Below are positions 1 to 13,629 of a stretch of DNA of 64,000 nt, in pieces (positions within the stretch are counted from its first letter, which is position 1; each line of letters opens with the position of its first letter). Made by a program: the position numbers and the translations under genes. Source of the DNA: an uncultured delta proteobacterium (GTDB lineage Bacteria; Desulfobacterota; Desulfomonilia; UBA1062). The DNA lies in NCBI GenBank assembly GCA_963752595.1, contig CAVVYZ010000002.1, positions 192,001 through 256,000 on the forward strand, in the 5' to 3' direction. The notes beneath the pieces are model-generated. The model was not told where the DNA came from and did not search any database. It worked only from the letters and a program-made list of their open reading frames with translations.

Positions 1-567
1 CCTCATCGTCACCCTGCGGGGGACGCAAAGCGGCCGTGGATTTCTACAAGGAACTCCTGAGCGAGATGAACGAGCGCATCGACGCAGGGCATCTGTGCCA
101 TCGAGAACGAACGGTACCGGATCCTGTGGGACAACCTGCCCATCTGGTACCGGCCTGAAGTGGCTCTCCGACAAGTTCGCATCCCACGACGCATGCCTGG
201 TGGCCGATACCTACACCACGGCCTGGTGCGGCTCCATGAAGTTACATAGACGAGAACAACTTCTTCGAGTCCATGGTCGAGGCCTATACCCGCATCTACC
301 TCAACATCGGCGATCGACGAGATGGCCAAGACCATCTTCGAGATGATCGACAAATACCAGGTGGACGGCCTCGTGATCCATTCCAACCGGAGCTGCAAGC
401 CGTACTCCTTCGGCCAGTACGATATCCAGAGGATGGTCCAGGAGCAGAAAGACATGCCCTGCATGATCATCGAATCGCACATGACCGACGAGCGGACCTT
501 CTCCGAGAGCCAGGCCAAGACCAGGATCGATGCCTTCATGGAGATCATCAAGCAGAAAAAGGGCTGA
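1..567 (+). CDS. 2-hydroxyacyl-CoA dehydratase family subunit (HgdB/FldB-like), 3' part, frameshifted in assembly
   Basis: C-terminal motifs DGLVIHSNRSCKPYSFGQ and IIESHMTDERTFSESQAKTRIDAF; upstream frames read RILWDNLPIWY. Confidence 0.75.
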
Positions 568-720
568 GCATCCCCGCATGACCCACTACGAGGCCCTTAT
601 GCAGACCGCGGACAAGGTTGCCTTCAACATCCTCGATGAAGAGGAAAGAGTCAGGCTTCGCGCAGATGGCAAATATGCGGGGAGATGGTTGTGCACTCCC
701 ATTGAGCCGGATAAACAAGA

Positions 721-1506
721 CTATAACAACCCTGTCGCCATGCCGGTTCCCACGAGGACGAGCATGAATCCCACGATCGCCTGCACGGTTCGGAGCGTCA
801 CTTTCTTCATGAGCCGGCTTCCCAGGAAAGCGCCGAGGAATGCGGCTATGGTCGCTGCGATGACCAGCCTTCCTATCTCGGTGGAGAATACTCCGAGCTG
901 CAGGGTAAAGATGCTCAGGCCGTAGACGATGAGCCGGGATATATCCACGATCACTGCAGAGACCGTGCTGGTCCCGATAAAGGCATCCCTGTCCAGCCCT
1001 GCATTCACGAGGAAGACTGCCCGCAGGGCACCCTGATTGCCTGACAGCCCGCCGAAGAAGCCTGAGATTATACCTCCCGGTACCAAATACTTTCTGCCGA
1101 ACGTCAGGTTTCCGAGCCCGGGGATGAGCTCGAAAAGCGAGAATCCGATGATGAGAACCCCGATTACGAGCTTCACGAGGGTAATGGTATGTTCAGTGCC
1201 GCTGATGGTGTACTTCACCAGAGGAGGCAAGCCGGAGAAATATCCCAGGAGCATGGCACCGGCAATAGCTGCGATTGCACCGGGGATGGCGAATTTTGCT
1301 GTGACCTTCCAGTCGGCATTCCTGCCCACGAGCACCACCTTGAATATATTGTCGGCAAGATGAACGACGGCAGTGGCGGCAACAGCCACCGGGACCGGAA
1401 AGAACAGGGCGAAGGCAGGCATGAGGATGGTCCCGAGGCCGAAGCCCGAAAACAAGGTCGTCATGGATACCAGGGCGGCTACGAAGCAGATGACCAGATA
1501 TTCCAT
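721..1506 (-). CDS. Sulfite exporter TauE/SafE family membrane protein
   Basis: Hydrophobic 261 aa, FSGFGLGTILMP and SGFFGGLSGNQGALR repeats. Confidence 0.8.
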   Translation of the reverse strand: MEYLVICFVAALVSMTTLFSGFGLGTILMPAFALFFPVPVAVAATAVVHLADNIFKVVLVGRNADWKVTAKFAIPGAIAAIAGAMLLGYFSGLPPLVKYTISGTEHTITLVKLVIGVLIIGFSLFELIPGLGNLTFGRKYLVPGGIISGFFGGLSGNQGALRAVFLVNAGLDRDAFIGTSTVSAVIVDISRLIVYGLSIFTLQLGVFSTEIGRLVIAATIAAFLGAFLGSRLMKKVTLRTVQAIVGFMLVLVGTGMATGLL

Positions 1507-1690
1507 GGATAATCCCCAATACTTTGTTGATTATGTAATAGGAATTATGAGAGATAAATCAAACGGCCGGTACACGGGATAGTATACCCCTGCTTAAGGT
1601 CAGGTGGATAATGCGGTGCGATTCTTTATAAGAATGAGAGGGTAAACGTCTGTCTGTGGATGTTCCGGATAAAAGAAAAGAGAAAGGAGT

Positions 1691-2422
1691 TTGGAGGTGG
1701 GAAAAACAGTTCTGTTTGAAGTGAAAGACGGGATAGCGGTGATAACGCTCAACCGACCTGAACGGCATAATTCTTTTTGCCGGGACCTGCTCATCAATCT
1801 GTACGATTGTCTTGATGAAGCGGCGCGTGATCCGGAGATCAGGGTTGCGATCCTGACGGGAAACGGCAAGTCGTTCTGTTCCGGGCTCGACCTGAGCGTC
1901 ATCGGCAAGGAAAATCTCCTGGACCCGCGCGGCGACGGCAAGGATATGCCGGACGTCCTGGGAAACTGCAAAAAGCCCATTATCGGGGCGGTCAACGGCA
2001 ATGCAATCACCGGCGGCTTCGAGCTTGCCCTGAACTGTGATTTTCTCATTGCCTCGGAAAATGCAAAGTTTACGGATTCCCACGCAAAGGTCGGCATCCA
2101 TCCGGGATGGGGAATGACGCAGCTCCTCCAGCAGGCAGTGGGCCGGAGGATGGCGAAACAGATGTCTTTTACCTGCAAGCCCATTTCCGCCCAGGATGCC
2201 TTCCGGCTGGGCCTGGTGAACGAGGTGGTCCCGCTTGCCGAGCTGATGCCCAGGGCCATGCAGATCGCGCAGGATATCTGCGCCGTGAATCCGGAGATCT
2301 TAAACAAGATGAAAACGTTGATCGAGCTGCGTGACGAGGTTTCCTTCGATGAAGCATTCCGGCGCGAGCGGGAAGGGTTCCAAGGCTTCATCGGGAAGGC
2401 GCAGGCGCTCTTCGGTAAATAA
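1691..2422 (+). CDS. Enoyl-CoA hydratase/isomerase (crotonase) family
   Basis: ITLNRPE, FCSGLDL, KPIIGAVNGNAITGGFELALNCD motifs; AAGGAG RBS. Confidence 0.9.
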   Translation: MEVGKTVLFEVKDGIAVITLNRPERHNSFCRDLLINLYDCLDEAARDPEIRVAILTGNGKSFCSGLDLSVIGKENLLDPRGDGKDMPDVLGNCKKPIIGAVNGNAITGGFELALNCDFLIASENAKFTDSHAKVGIHPGWGMTQLLQQAVGRRMAKQMSFTCKPISAQDAFRLGLVNEVVPLAELMPRAMQIAQDICAVNPEILNKMKTLIELRDEVSFDEAFRREREGFQGFIGKAQALFGK

Positions 2423-2515
2423 GGCTCTTCAAACCGGCATCATACCGGCAGACTGTCCGGTCATTGGTTATCCGGGGCCGGAGGGGAGATGCTTACAAGC
2501 GGAGGTTCGGTGTCT

Positions 2516-2944
2516 ATGGGTGAAGTAATAGAGCTCCTGGGGTGGATCATTGCAGCAGGGGTGCTGGGTGCGGCCTCTACATTCTTCCTCAAACAGATCG
2601 GCAGGGACTACGTGAAGAATCTACCCAAGAAATATGCCGAGTTCGCAGATTCGTACCGGAATTTCATGAAATTCATGATCAGAAGGCACCGGTACTTCGG
2701 CCTTGCCTCGCTCTCGATCTTACCCGTTCATGCCGTTTTCGTCATATCGCAGTCCGTGCTTTCCCTGACCGGGCTCATAGCGGCCTGCGCCCTGCCGGCG
2801 ACAGCGGCATTCGGGATATACGGATTTTATTTTAAAAAGAATATGCGCTCCGGCTGGCTGCCTCTCCATCGGACCTTCGGATCTCTCCTTTTCCTGGCTG
2901 CGATCGTTCACATCTTTTTTAAGGGATACTTTTTTCTTAAATAA
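2516..2944 (+). CDS. Hypothetical membrane protein, His-containing TM helices (cytochrome b561/ferric reductase-like)
   Basis: GGAGG RBS, about 4 TM segments, RRHRYFG and LHRTFG motifs. Confidence 0.5.
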   Translation: MGEVIELLGWIIAAGVLGAASTFFLKQIGRDYVKNLPKKYAEFADSYRNFMKFMIRRHRYFGLASLSILPVHAVFVISQSVLSLTGLIAACALPATAAFGIYGFYFKKNMRSGWLPLHRTFGSLLFLAAIVHIFFKGYFFLK

Positions 2945-3126
2945 TGTTCTTTTATTGAAAGAGGTTGAACCGAAAAAAAGCATAGCAAAACACCGATGGT
3001 TTTTTTTACCTCGATATGGCTGTCAACCCTATGAAAATCCGCGGAATATCGACCAATCACTCTGTTGACACCGTACAATATATATGATCTAGATGGAGGT
3101 TATCAATCCTTTAAGGGGGATAAGAA

Positions 3127-3357
3127 ATGGAAGAGAATGATTTGCAGCTCATTCGAAGGCTCATTCCCAAGAACAAGGAGCTGAAAGGGCTTTGGGATGA
3201 GCACCTCGAATATGAAGAAAAGCTTGATCAGTTGAATAAGCGGAGATACTTGAGCACCGAGGAAGAGATCCGGCGAAAGGAACTCCAGAAACTCAAGCTC
3301 AAGGGCAAGGACAAGATAGAGGAGATCCTGCGCAGATACCGGATCGTGAGTTCCTAG
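3127..3357 (+). CDS. DUF465/YdcH family small coiled-coil protein
   Basis: 76 aa, ELQKLKLKGKDKIEEIL; typical position upstream of ilvB. Confidence 0.75.
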   Translation: MEENDLQLIRRLIPKNKELKGLWDEHLEYEEKLDQLNKRRYLSTEEEIRRKELQKLKLKGKDKIEEILRRYRIVSS

Positions 3358-3396
3358 ACAGATCTGTACTGACGTATACTGGATTGAGGTAATGAA

Positions 3397-5103
3397 ATGA
3401 AGAAGATATCGGGGGCTCAGGCATTTATAGAAGCACTACGAAATGAAGGCGTCAAGGATGTTTTCGGGTATCCCGGCGGGGCGGTTCTCGACATTTTCGA
3501 TGCCATCATGGATGCACGACGACATCCAGTTTATTCTCTCACGGCATGAACAGGGTGCGGTCCATGCCGCTGACGGATATGCGCGTGCAACGGGAAGGTA
3601 GGCGTATGCCTCGTGACCTCCGGGCCCGGCGCCACGAACACGGTTACCGGCATTGCCACCGCCTGCATGGATTCCATCCCCATCGTGGTTTTTACCGGCC
3701 AGGTTTCCACGAACCTCATCGGGAACGACGCCTTCCAGGAGGCGGATATCGTAGGGATCACCCGGCCGTGCACCAAGCACAACTACCTGGTAAAGGACGT
3801 CGAGGACCTGGCCAGGGTCATCAAGGAGGCGTTCTACATCGCCCGGACCGGACAGGCCGGGGCCGGTGCTCGTGGACATCCCCAAGGACGTCCAGAAGAG
3901 CATGGTCAATTTCAAGTACCCGGAAAAGGTACGGCTGGAAAGCTACAATCCGACCTACAAGGGCCATGTCGGGCAGATCAAGCGGATCTTGAGCGTGATC
4001 CTCAAGAGCAGGCGGCCCGTCATCTATGCAGGCGGGGGGGTCGTCCTTTCGAACAGCTCGGAGGAGCTCACCGCCTTTGCCGGGAAGCATGCAGATCCCG
4101 GTGACCACAACCCTCATGGGCATGGGCGTTTTCCCGTCGGGCGACCCGCTTTCGCTCGGCATGCTCGGCATGCACGGCACCTATGCCGCGAACATGGCGG
4201 TCACGAATGCGGACTGTCTCATCGCCATGGGCGCGCGCTTCGACGACCGGGTGACCGGCAAGGTCGATGAGTTCGCGCCCAAGGCCAAGATCATCCATAT
4301 CGACATCGACCCGACTTCCATCAGCAAGAACGTGCAGGTGGACCTCCCCATCGTGGGGGACTGCAAGATGGTGCTCCAGGGCATGCTTGCACGAGCTCGA
4401 CGCGCAAAGGAGGCGAGATCTCGGAGCTGCACTCGCAGATCGGCCCGTGGCTCGACAGGTCGATACCTGGAAGAAGGAGCAGCCCCTGAGGTATGCCAGG
4501 GCGACGTATCATCAAGCCCCAGTACGTCATCGAGAAGATCGACGAGATCGCCCCCGACGACACCATCATCTCCACCGAGGTCGGCCAGAACCAGATGTGG
4601 ACCGCCCAGTTCTACAAATTCAAGGAGCCGAGGCTCTTCCTCACATCCGGAGGGCTCGGGACCATGGGCTACGGCTTCCCGGCAGCCATCGGGGCCCAGG
4701 TGGCATTCCCGGGCCGCACGGTCATCGACATCGCAGGCGACGGATCGATCCAGATGAATATCCAGGAGATCGCCACGGCCGTGCAGTACAAGCTCCCGGT
4801 CAAGGTGATGATCCTCAACAACGGATACCTCGGCATGGTGCGCCAGTGGCAGGCACTGTTCTACAAGAGGCCGCTATTCCCATACCTCCATGGCCGTCTC
4901 CCCGGATTTCGTGAAGCTGGCCGAGGCCTACGGCGCCCAGCGGGATCAGGGTCGAGAAAGCCCTCGATGGTCAAGGATGCCATCACGCCGAGGCCCTCGA
5001 GATCAAGGGGCCGGTGTTCGTGGACTTCGTGGTGGATCCGGAAGAAGACGTGTACCCCATGGTGCCTGCCGGGGCACCCATCAACAACATGCTTCTCGTA
5101 TGA
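3397..5103 (+). CDS. ilvB: Acetolactate synthase large subunit (several apparent indel errors)
   Basis: Across frames: [54 protein letters not shown]. Confidence 0.92.
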
Positions 5104-5115
5104 GGAATGATCCTA

Positions 5116-7244
<2,129 letters not shown>

Positions 7245-7248
<4 letters not shown>

Positions 7249-8037
7249 ACAGAAGATCCAGGCACAAGAGTGCGGAATAAGAAGCGCACGGTACCGTTTC
7301 TGCCCAATTTCATCACCACCATGAGCCTGTTCTGCGGCTTTTATTCGATATCGTTCTCCCTGAAAGGGAAATTCGGCATGGCGGCCGTCCTCATTCTCAT
7401 ATCCGGTTTCATCGACGGGATCGACGGCAGGGTAGCCAGGGCCACCAATTCAGTGTCTCGCCTTCGGCAAGGAGTACGATTCTCTGTCCGACCTGGTGGC
7501 ATTCGGCGTAGCGCCTGCCCTTATGGCCTATCTCTGGCAGGTCAATCAGTTCGGCACGCTTAGGCTTCATCGCGAGCTTCCTGTTCGTGGCCTGCGGCGC
7601 ACTCCGGCTTGCCCGGTTCAACACCGATACGTCGGACGACAATACCGACTTTCACCGGCCTTCCCATCCCCATGGCCGCTGCAGCGGTCTGCGGCATCGT
7701 GCTCTTTTCCGGTATCGTCGGATACATACCTCCCGTCCTTATCCTGGTGGGCATGTACGTTCTGTCTTTCCTCATGGTGAGCACGGTCCGGTATCCCAGC
7801 TTCAAGCATATCACGTACATCAAGGCCCATCCCTTCCAGCTTCTGGTTGCAGGCCTCCTGGTTCTCGTGGTCGTTGCACTGCAGCCCGAGGTGATGATTT
7901 TTGCACTGAGCATGGTATTCATCATCGGCGGCGTGATCTGGAACGGGGCCATGCAAGTCCGTGAGCATCTGCAGGAGAAGAAGCGCATGAAAGAGACATC
8001 ACACGAACACGCCGCACGGGAGGATCACCCTCTGTGA
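7245..8037 (+). CDS. pssA: CDP-diacylglycerol--serine O-phosphatidyltransferase (frameshifted)
   Basis: LPNFITT, DGIDGRVAR, FGVAPA, LRLARFN, FTGLPIP. Confidence 0.85.
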
Positions 8038-8198
8038 TGCCATGCTTCAAGGAGGCACACGAAAACAGTGCTTCCGGTTGAGAGCACGAGCACGGATGTC
8101 CGTGAAAAGGTACCCGCCGAAAAAACAGCACGATTTTTCTCTGCCGGCTTAAAAACCAGACGAACGTCCCTAGTCTGTAAACAGGAGGAAATACGACA

Positions 8199-9467
8199 TT
8201 GGGAATGACCATAGCTGAAAAGATACTCGCAGCCCATACGGATGCGAGGGGAATCAAACCGGGCGATATCATCAAGGTGAACGTCGATGTCGCATTGTCG
8301 AACGACATCACGGCACCTATCGCCATCAAGGAATTCGAGGCGAAGTCCAAAGGGAAGCTAGCCGATCCCGACAAGATCGTTTTCGTCCTCGATCACTTCA
8401 CGCCGAACAAGGACATCGCTTCGGCCAACCAGTGCAAGATGGTCAGGGACTTCGCCGGGAAGCACGGGTATAAGAATTTCTTCGACGGCGGCGAGGCCGG
8501 GGTCGAGCATGCCCTGCTTCCCGAGAAGGGGCTCGTCGTGCCCGGCGACATGTCATCGGTGCGGACAGCCACACCTGCACCTACGGCGCACTGGGTGCAT
8601 TCGCCACCGGCGTGGGAAGCACCGACCTGGCCGCGGCCATGCTGACTGCCCAGGCCTGGATGAAGGTGCCCGAGAGCATGAAGTTCATCTTCAACGGCGA
8701 GCTCCTCCCGTGGGTCGGCGGCAAGGACCTCATCCTCTACCTCATCGGGAAAATCGGCGTGGACGGCGGCGCTCTACCGCGTGCATCGAGATCGAGGGCC
8801 CGGCAATAGCCTCCCTCGATGTCAGCAACCGCCTGACCATCTCGAACATGGCCATCGAGGCAGGCGCCAAGGCGGGCATCATCGCGGCGGACGAGAAGAC
8901 CGTAAGCCTATGTGAAGGACAGGGCCATAGGCCCTACACGGTATATGAGAGCGACCCGGATGCCGCTATGAGTCGATCACCGAGTTTGACTGTGCGGATA
9001 TCGAGCCCCAGGTGGCGTTCCCGCATCTGCCCGAGAATGCCAAGGCATCAGCGAGGCGGGCGAGGTGACGGATCGACCAGGTGGTCATCGGCTCCTGCAC
9101 GAACGGGAGGATCGAAGACTTGCGCGTTGCAGCCGGAATCATGAAAGGCCGGAAGGTCGCCAAAGGCCTGCGCTGCATCGTCCTGCCCGCAACGCCCGCG
9201 GTGTTTCTGCCAGGCAGAAGGGGAAGGGCCTCATCAGGATCTTCCTGAAGTCGGGGGCCATCGTCGGCCCGCCGACCTGCGGGCCGTGCCTCGGCGGGCA
9301 CATGGGCATACTCGCCAAGGGCGAAAAGGCCCTGGCCACTACGAACCGCAATTTCGTGGGCCGGATGGGCGACCCGGCAAGCGAGGTCTACCTGGCAGGT
9401 CCGGCTGTGGCTGCCGCTTCGGCCGTTACCGGCAAGATATCGTCGCCCGAGGAGGTGGCTGTCATGA
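8199..9467 (+). CDS. leuC: 3-isopropylmalate dehydratase large subunit (frameshifted)
   Basis: [49 protein letters not shown]. Confidence 0.88.
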
Positions 9468-9959
9468 AATTTCACGGACGAGCCTTCCGCTTTGGAAACG
9501 ACGTGGACACCGATGCCATCATCCCGGCACGCTACCTGAACATGTCCGAGCCCGAGCACCTGGGAAAGCACTGCATGGAAGATGCGGACCCGGGTTTCCC
9601 ATCAAAGGTTCGGCCAGGCGACATCATCGTGGCGGGCAAGAACTTCGGGTGCGGCTCATCCCGGGAGCATGCCCCCATCGCCATCAAGGCCTGCGGCGTG
9701 AGCTGCGTGATCGCATCGAGCTTTGCCCGGATCTTTTTCCGGAACAGCTTCAACATGGGCTTGCCCATCTTCGAGTCCGACGAGGCATCGAGCGAGATCA
9801 ACGGAAGGCGACATCGTTGAGGTCGATGCCTCCACCGGCGTCATCCGCGACCTCACGACCGGGAAGCAGTACACGGCCAGGCCCATCCCTGCCTTCATGC
9901 AGCAGCTCATCGAGGACGGCGGACTCATGGAGCACATCCGGAAAAGAGGCGGGATCTAG
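9464..9959 (+). CDS. leuD: 3-isopropylmalate dehydratase small subunit (frameshifted)
   Basis: [34 protein letters not shown]. Confidence 0.88.
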
Positions 9960-10024
9960 AGCACGGCGGCAGTGCGTTTGAGAATATCCATCACTGTTTT
10001 TATTATTATGGAAAAAGGAATATC

Positions 10025-11035
10025 ATGGCATCAGCTTATCGAATAGCTGTCGTGGGAGCTACAACGGCAGCGGGAAATGAAGTCGTACGGATTCTCGAAG
10101 AACGGAACTTTCCGGTCAAGGACATCGTGCCCCTGGAGAGGAAAGGCTCGATAGGGGAGAGCGTTCAGTTCATGGATCAGGAGATACCGGCGAGGCATCT
10201 GGATGAAAAATCATTCAACGGCATCGATATCGCCATATTCACCGCCGGGAGCAAGGCAAGCGAGGAGTATGCCCGGCCGGCGGCAGCAAAGGGCTCCGTG
10301 GTGATCGATACCTCCGAGGCGTTCCGCATGGAAAAAGACGTGCCTCTTGTCGTCCCTGAAATCAATGCACACAGGATGGCCGGGCACAGGGGCATCATCG
10401 CCTGCCCGGGGGCTTCCGCTATCCAGCTGGCCCTGGTCCTCTATCCGATCCACAAGAAGGTAGGCATCAGAAGGATTATCCTCTCTACGTACCAGGCTGT
10501 CTCGGATGCGGGAGAAGGGGCCATGAACGAGCTCACCGAACAGATCGCGGATCTGTTCAACTTCCGTGAAACCCAGTCATCGGTATTCCAGCACCAGATA
10601 GCCTTCGATGCCATCCCGCAGGTGGGCAGCTTCCTCGATAACGCCTACACCACAGAGGAAATGCAGATCGCCGAAGAGACGAAAAAGATCATGGATGCCG
10701 ATAAGATCAGGATCTGCGCGACAACGGTCCACGTGCCGCTGTTCTTTTCCCATTCCCAGTCGGTGAACATCGAGACCATACGGAAGATATCTCCTGACCA
10801 GGTCAGAACCGTCCTGAAAGGCTCCCCGGGGATCAGTATCGAGGATGATCCTTCAGCCGGCACGTACCCGCTCGCGGTCTATGCAACCGGCAAGGATGAA
10901 TGCTTGGTGGGGAGGGTCCGGGAAGACCTCTCTGCGGAAAACGGCATCGTCCTGTGGACCGCCATGGACAACGTCCGCAAAGGAGCGGCCCTCAACGCAG
11001 TCCAGATAGCCGAGCATGTGATCTCCCCGGTTTGA
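10025..11035 (+). CDS. Aspartate-semialdehyde dehydrogenase-like protein (Usg-type; catalytic Cys absent)
   Basis: Asd fold motifs VPLVVPEIN, STYQAVS, DNVRKGAALNAVQIAE, but NPNC replaced by CPGA. Confidence 0.8.
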   Translation: MASAYRIAVVGATTAAGNEVVRILEERNFPVKDIVPLERKGSIGESVQFMDQEIPARHLDEKSFNGIDIAIFTAGSKASEEYARPAAAKGSVVIDTSEAFRMEKDVPLVVPEINAHRMAGHRGIIACPGASAIQLALVLYPIHKKVGIRRIILSTYQAVSDAGEGAMNELTEQIADLFNFRETQSSVFQHQIAFDAIPQVGSFLDNAYTTEEMQIAEETKKIMDADKIRICATTVHVPLFFSHSQSVNIETIRKISPDQVRTVLKGSPGISIEDDPSAGTYPLAVYATGKDECLVGRVREDLSAENGIVLWTAMDNVRKGAALNAVQIAEHVISPV

Positions 11036-11109
11036 TGCATCCGGCGGAGCAGCTTTATCGTATGAACGGCAAGAGGCAGAAATTAACCATATGTGAATAG
11101 TGAGGAGCT

Positions 11110-11888
11110 ATGAAAGCGACCCTTGGCCAGTACCTGCCCGGAGATTCGGTTGTCCATGAGGCAGACCCCAGGGTAAAGCTCTTCCTCATGGCGCTCTGGG
11201 ATCGGAGCGGCCTTCCAGATCGATACCGTTGCCGGCCTTGTCCTGTTCTTCCTCTTGTGCAGTGCCTTGAGCATGGCTTCCCGCATTTCCTTCAAACGGC
11301 TGATGGCAGGACTTGCCCCTTTTCTCTGGCTCTTTGCCATCACTGCCGTCCTCCACGTATTCATGACGCCCGGGGACCCCGTTGCATGGATTCCCTACGC
11401 CACGCGGCAGGGCCTGGAGAACGGGGGAAAGGTCGGGTTCCAGCTCATTTCCGCAATCTGGCTCTCTACGCTCATGACACTCACCACCTCTCCCCTTGAA
11501 ATGGTCTGGGCCATGGAGTGGTATATGAAGCCGCTCAAATACCTCAAGGTTCCGGTCGATGAGATTGCCCTGCTCATCATGCTGGCCATCCGTTTCATCC
11601 CGCTTTTGTTCGAAGAGACGGACCGCATCCTGAAGGCGCAGAAGGCGAGGGGTGTGGATATCGAATCCGGAGGATTGCTGCGGAAGGTGCGCTCCCTGGT
11701 GCCGATCCTCGTGCCTTTGCTCCACAGCGTATTCAGGCGCGCAGACGACCTTGCCATAGCACTCACGCTCCGCGGATACGACCCCGGGGATCGAGAGATC
11801 CAGGATGAAACAGGCGCACGCGAAAGGCGGCGATTACGCGTCGCTGGTCGTAATAACCGTAATTTTTGTGGCCCTGATCCGTCTCTAG
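11110..11888 (+). CDS. ecfT: ECF transporter transmembrane component T (frameshifted)
   Basis: GQYLPGDSVVH.DPRVKL, AIRFIPLL, AQKARG, LAIALTLRGY. Confidence 0.8.
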
Positions 11889-11958
11889 CCGTTCTCTCCA
11901 GTGGATATCGAACAAGCCGGGAATTGCAGAGAACGGGTGAATAAGCCGCCGGTTACTA

Positions 11959-11984
11959 TTGACATGATCCTGCCATGCTATAAC
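11959..11984 (+). promoter_or_regulatory. Candidate sigma70 (extended -10) promoter of pyk
   Basis: TTGACA at 11959 and TGcTATAAC at 11976-11984; the 14 nt spacer is non-canonical. Confidence 0.3.
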
Positions 11985-11993
11985 ATATGAATC

Positions 11994-13439
11994 ATGGATA
12001 CTCCATTGCCGAGCTATAAAACCAAGATCGTATGCACCATCGGCCCTGCCTCCCGGGATAAAGACGTGCTCAAGCAGCTCATCGGTTCCGGTATGAACGT
12101 GGCGAGGCTCAATTTCAGCCATGGCGATCCCGAAGACCACCGGAAGGATATCCTGGCCATCAGAGAGATATCAAAAGAGCTGAAAAAGAACGTGGCTGTC
12201 CTGGCCGACCTGCCCGGCCCGAAAATCAGGATCGGCAACCTCAAGGGAGGATCATGCAGCTTAAGGAAGGGAGATCGTGTGGTGCTTACCATACGGGAGG
12301 TCGAGGGAACCTCCTCGTTTATTCCGGTGCAGTTCGAAGAATTCCCTGAATGCGTGAATATCGGCGACAGGGTATTCCTGAATGACGGCTTCATCGAGCT
12401 CAAAGCCATACAGAAAACCGGAAAGGACGTCATCTGCGATGTGATTATCGGCGGGACACTGCTGTCGAAGAAAGGGATGAACCTCCCGGATTCTCACGTT
12501 ACGGCTGTGGCGGTGACGGAAAGGGACCTGGAACTCCTGGCCTTCGGCATGGAGCAGGGCGTGGACATGTTCGGCCTGTCCTTTGTAGGCAGCCGGGACG
12601 ATGTGGAGAAGGTCAGGGCATTCGCTAAGAAAAAGGGCGGTGAGATCTTTATCGTTTCCAAGATCGAGCGTAGCGATGCCCTGGAGAACATCGACGGGAT
12701 CATCGAGGCTTCCGACGGCATCATGGTGGCTCGGGGCGACCTCGGTGTGGAGATTGCCATCGAGGAAGTTCCCATCGTGCAGAAGCAGCTCATCCTCAAG
12801 GCGAACATGGCATCGAAACCGGTTATCACCGCTACCCAGATGCTCGAATCCATGACCGCCAATACCCGGCCCACGCGTGCCGAGGTCACCGATGCGGCCA
12901 ATGCCATCTTTGACGGCACGGATGCTGTCATGCTTTCAGAGGAGACAGCCATCGGCATATATCCCCTAGAAGCGTTTGCCATGCTCGCAAAGATCGCCAT
13001 GACAGCCGAGGCCAGGAGGTCGACCGTGGTTTCGGGCACGGTCGTACCGGATACGATCCTGCGAACCATTGAGCTCTCGGGTTGCTCGGTTGAGGATACC
13101 CTTTCCCTGAATGTCATCAGGTCGGCCGTCTCGCTGGGCATCCGTTCCGTGGTGGTCCCTACCCGGAGCGGTCTCACTGCCCGGAGGATTTCCCGGCTCA
13201 AAGGTGATGCATGGGTCCTTGCCTTATGCAGAGACAGCGGTGCGTTGAGGTCTTTATGCCTCTCGTACGGAGTTCATCCGATCCCCAGAGGAGACCTCTC
13301 CTCGGATGAGGATATCATAATACACCTCCGTGCCCTGGGTCTCATCGGTTCGCAGGAGGCAGTCATCCTGGTAAGGAGCGACCCGTGCATGAACCTGGGC
13401 ACTGCAAATACCATGCGGATCATCACCCCGGGGCCTTAG
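11994..13439 (+). CDS. pyk: Pyruvate kinase
   Basis: TKIVCTIGPAS, ARLNFSHG, DLPGPKIR, MVARGDLG, ATQMLESM, PTRAE. Confidence 0.95.
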   Translation: MDTPLPSYKTKIVCTIGPASRDKDVLKQLIGSGMNVARLNFSHGDPEDHRKDILAIREISKELKKNVAVLADLPGPKIRIGNLKGGSCSLRKGDRVVLTIREVEGTSSFIPVQFEEFPECVNIGDRVFLNDGFIELKAIQKTGKDVICDVIIGGTLLSKKGMNLPDSHVTAVAVTERDLELLAFGMEQGVDMFGLSFVGSRDDVEKVRAFAKKKGGEIFIVSKIERSDALENIDGIIEASDGIMVARGDLGVEIAIEEVPIVQKQLILKANMASKPVITATQMLESMTANTRPTRAEVTDAANAIFDGTDAVMLSEETAIGIYPLEAFAMLAKIAMTAEARRSTVVSGTVVPDTILRTIELSGCSVEDTLSLNVIRSAVSLGIRSVVVPTRSGLTARRISRLKGDAWVLALCRDSGALRSLCLSYGVHPIPRGDLSSDEDIIIHLRALGLIGSQEAVILVRSDPCMNLGTANTMRIITPGP

Positions 13440-13629
13440 GAATACTCCTTTAAGAAGAGCCGGGGACAAGCCTCCCTGACTATGCCTGCCCTTATGCTGC
13501 CTTTGGGATACTTCACAAGAAGAAACTTCTGCAAAAAACCTCTTACGGGAGTATGCCCTGCAGGCATACGATAGTGTTTGTAAGAGCTATGAAATTTAGG
13601 TATAAAGATATCTACACATAATGTGCCGC

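Noticed and set aside
20-40. GGGACGCAAAG resembling a c-di-GMP-I riboswitch
   Set aside because: Lies inside a coding region and lacks the upstream GCAAA/GAAA P2 elements
578-720. Short ORF start after the dehydratase gene
   Set aside because: No recognisable family and it runs into the convergent TauE gene
9065-9820. Apparent LeuC-LeuD fusion ORF
   Set aside because: One extra G in GAGGTGGCTGTCATGA explains it; removing it gives the usual overlapping ATGA stop/start
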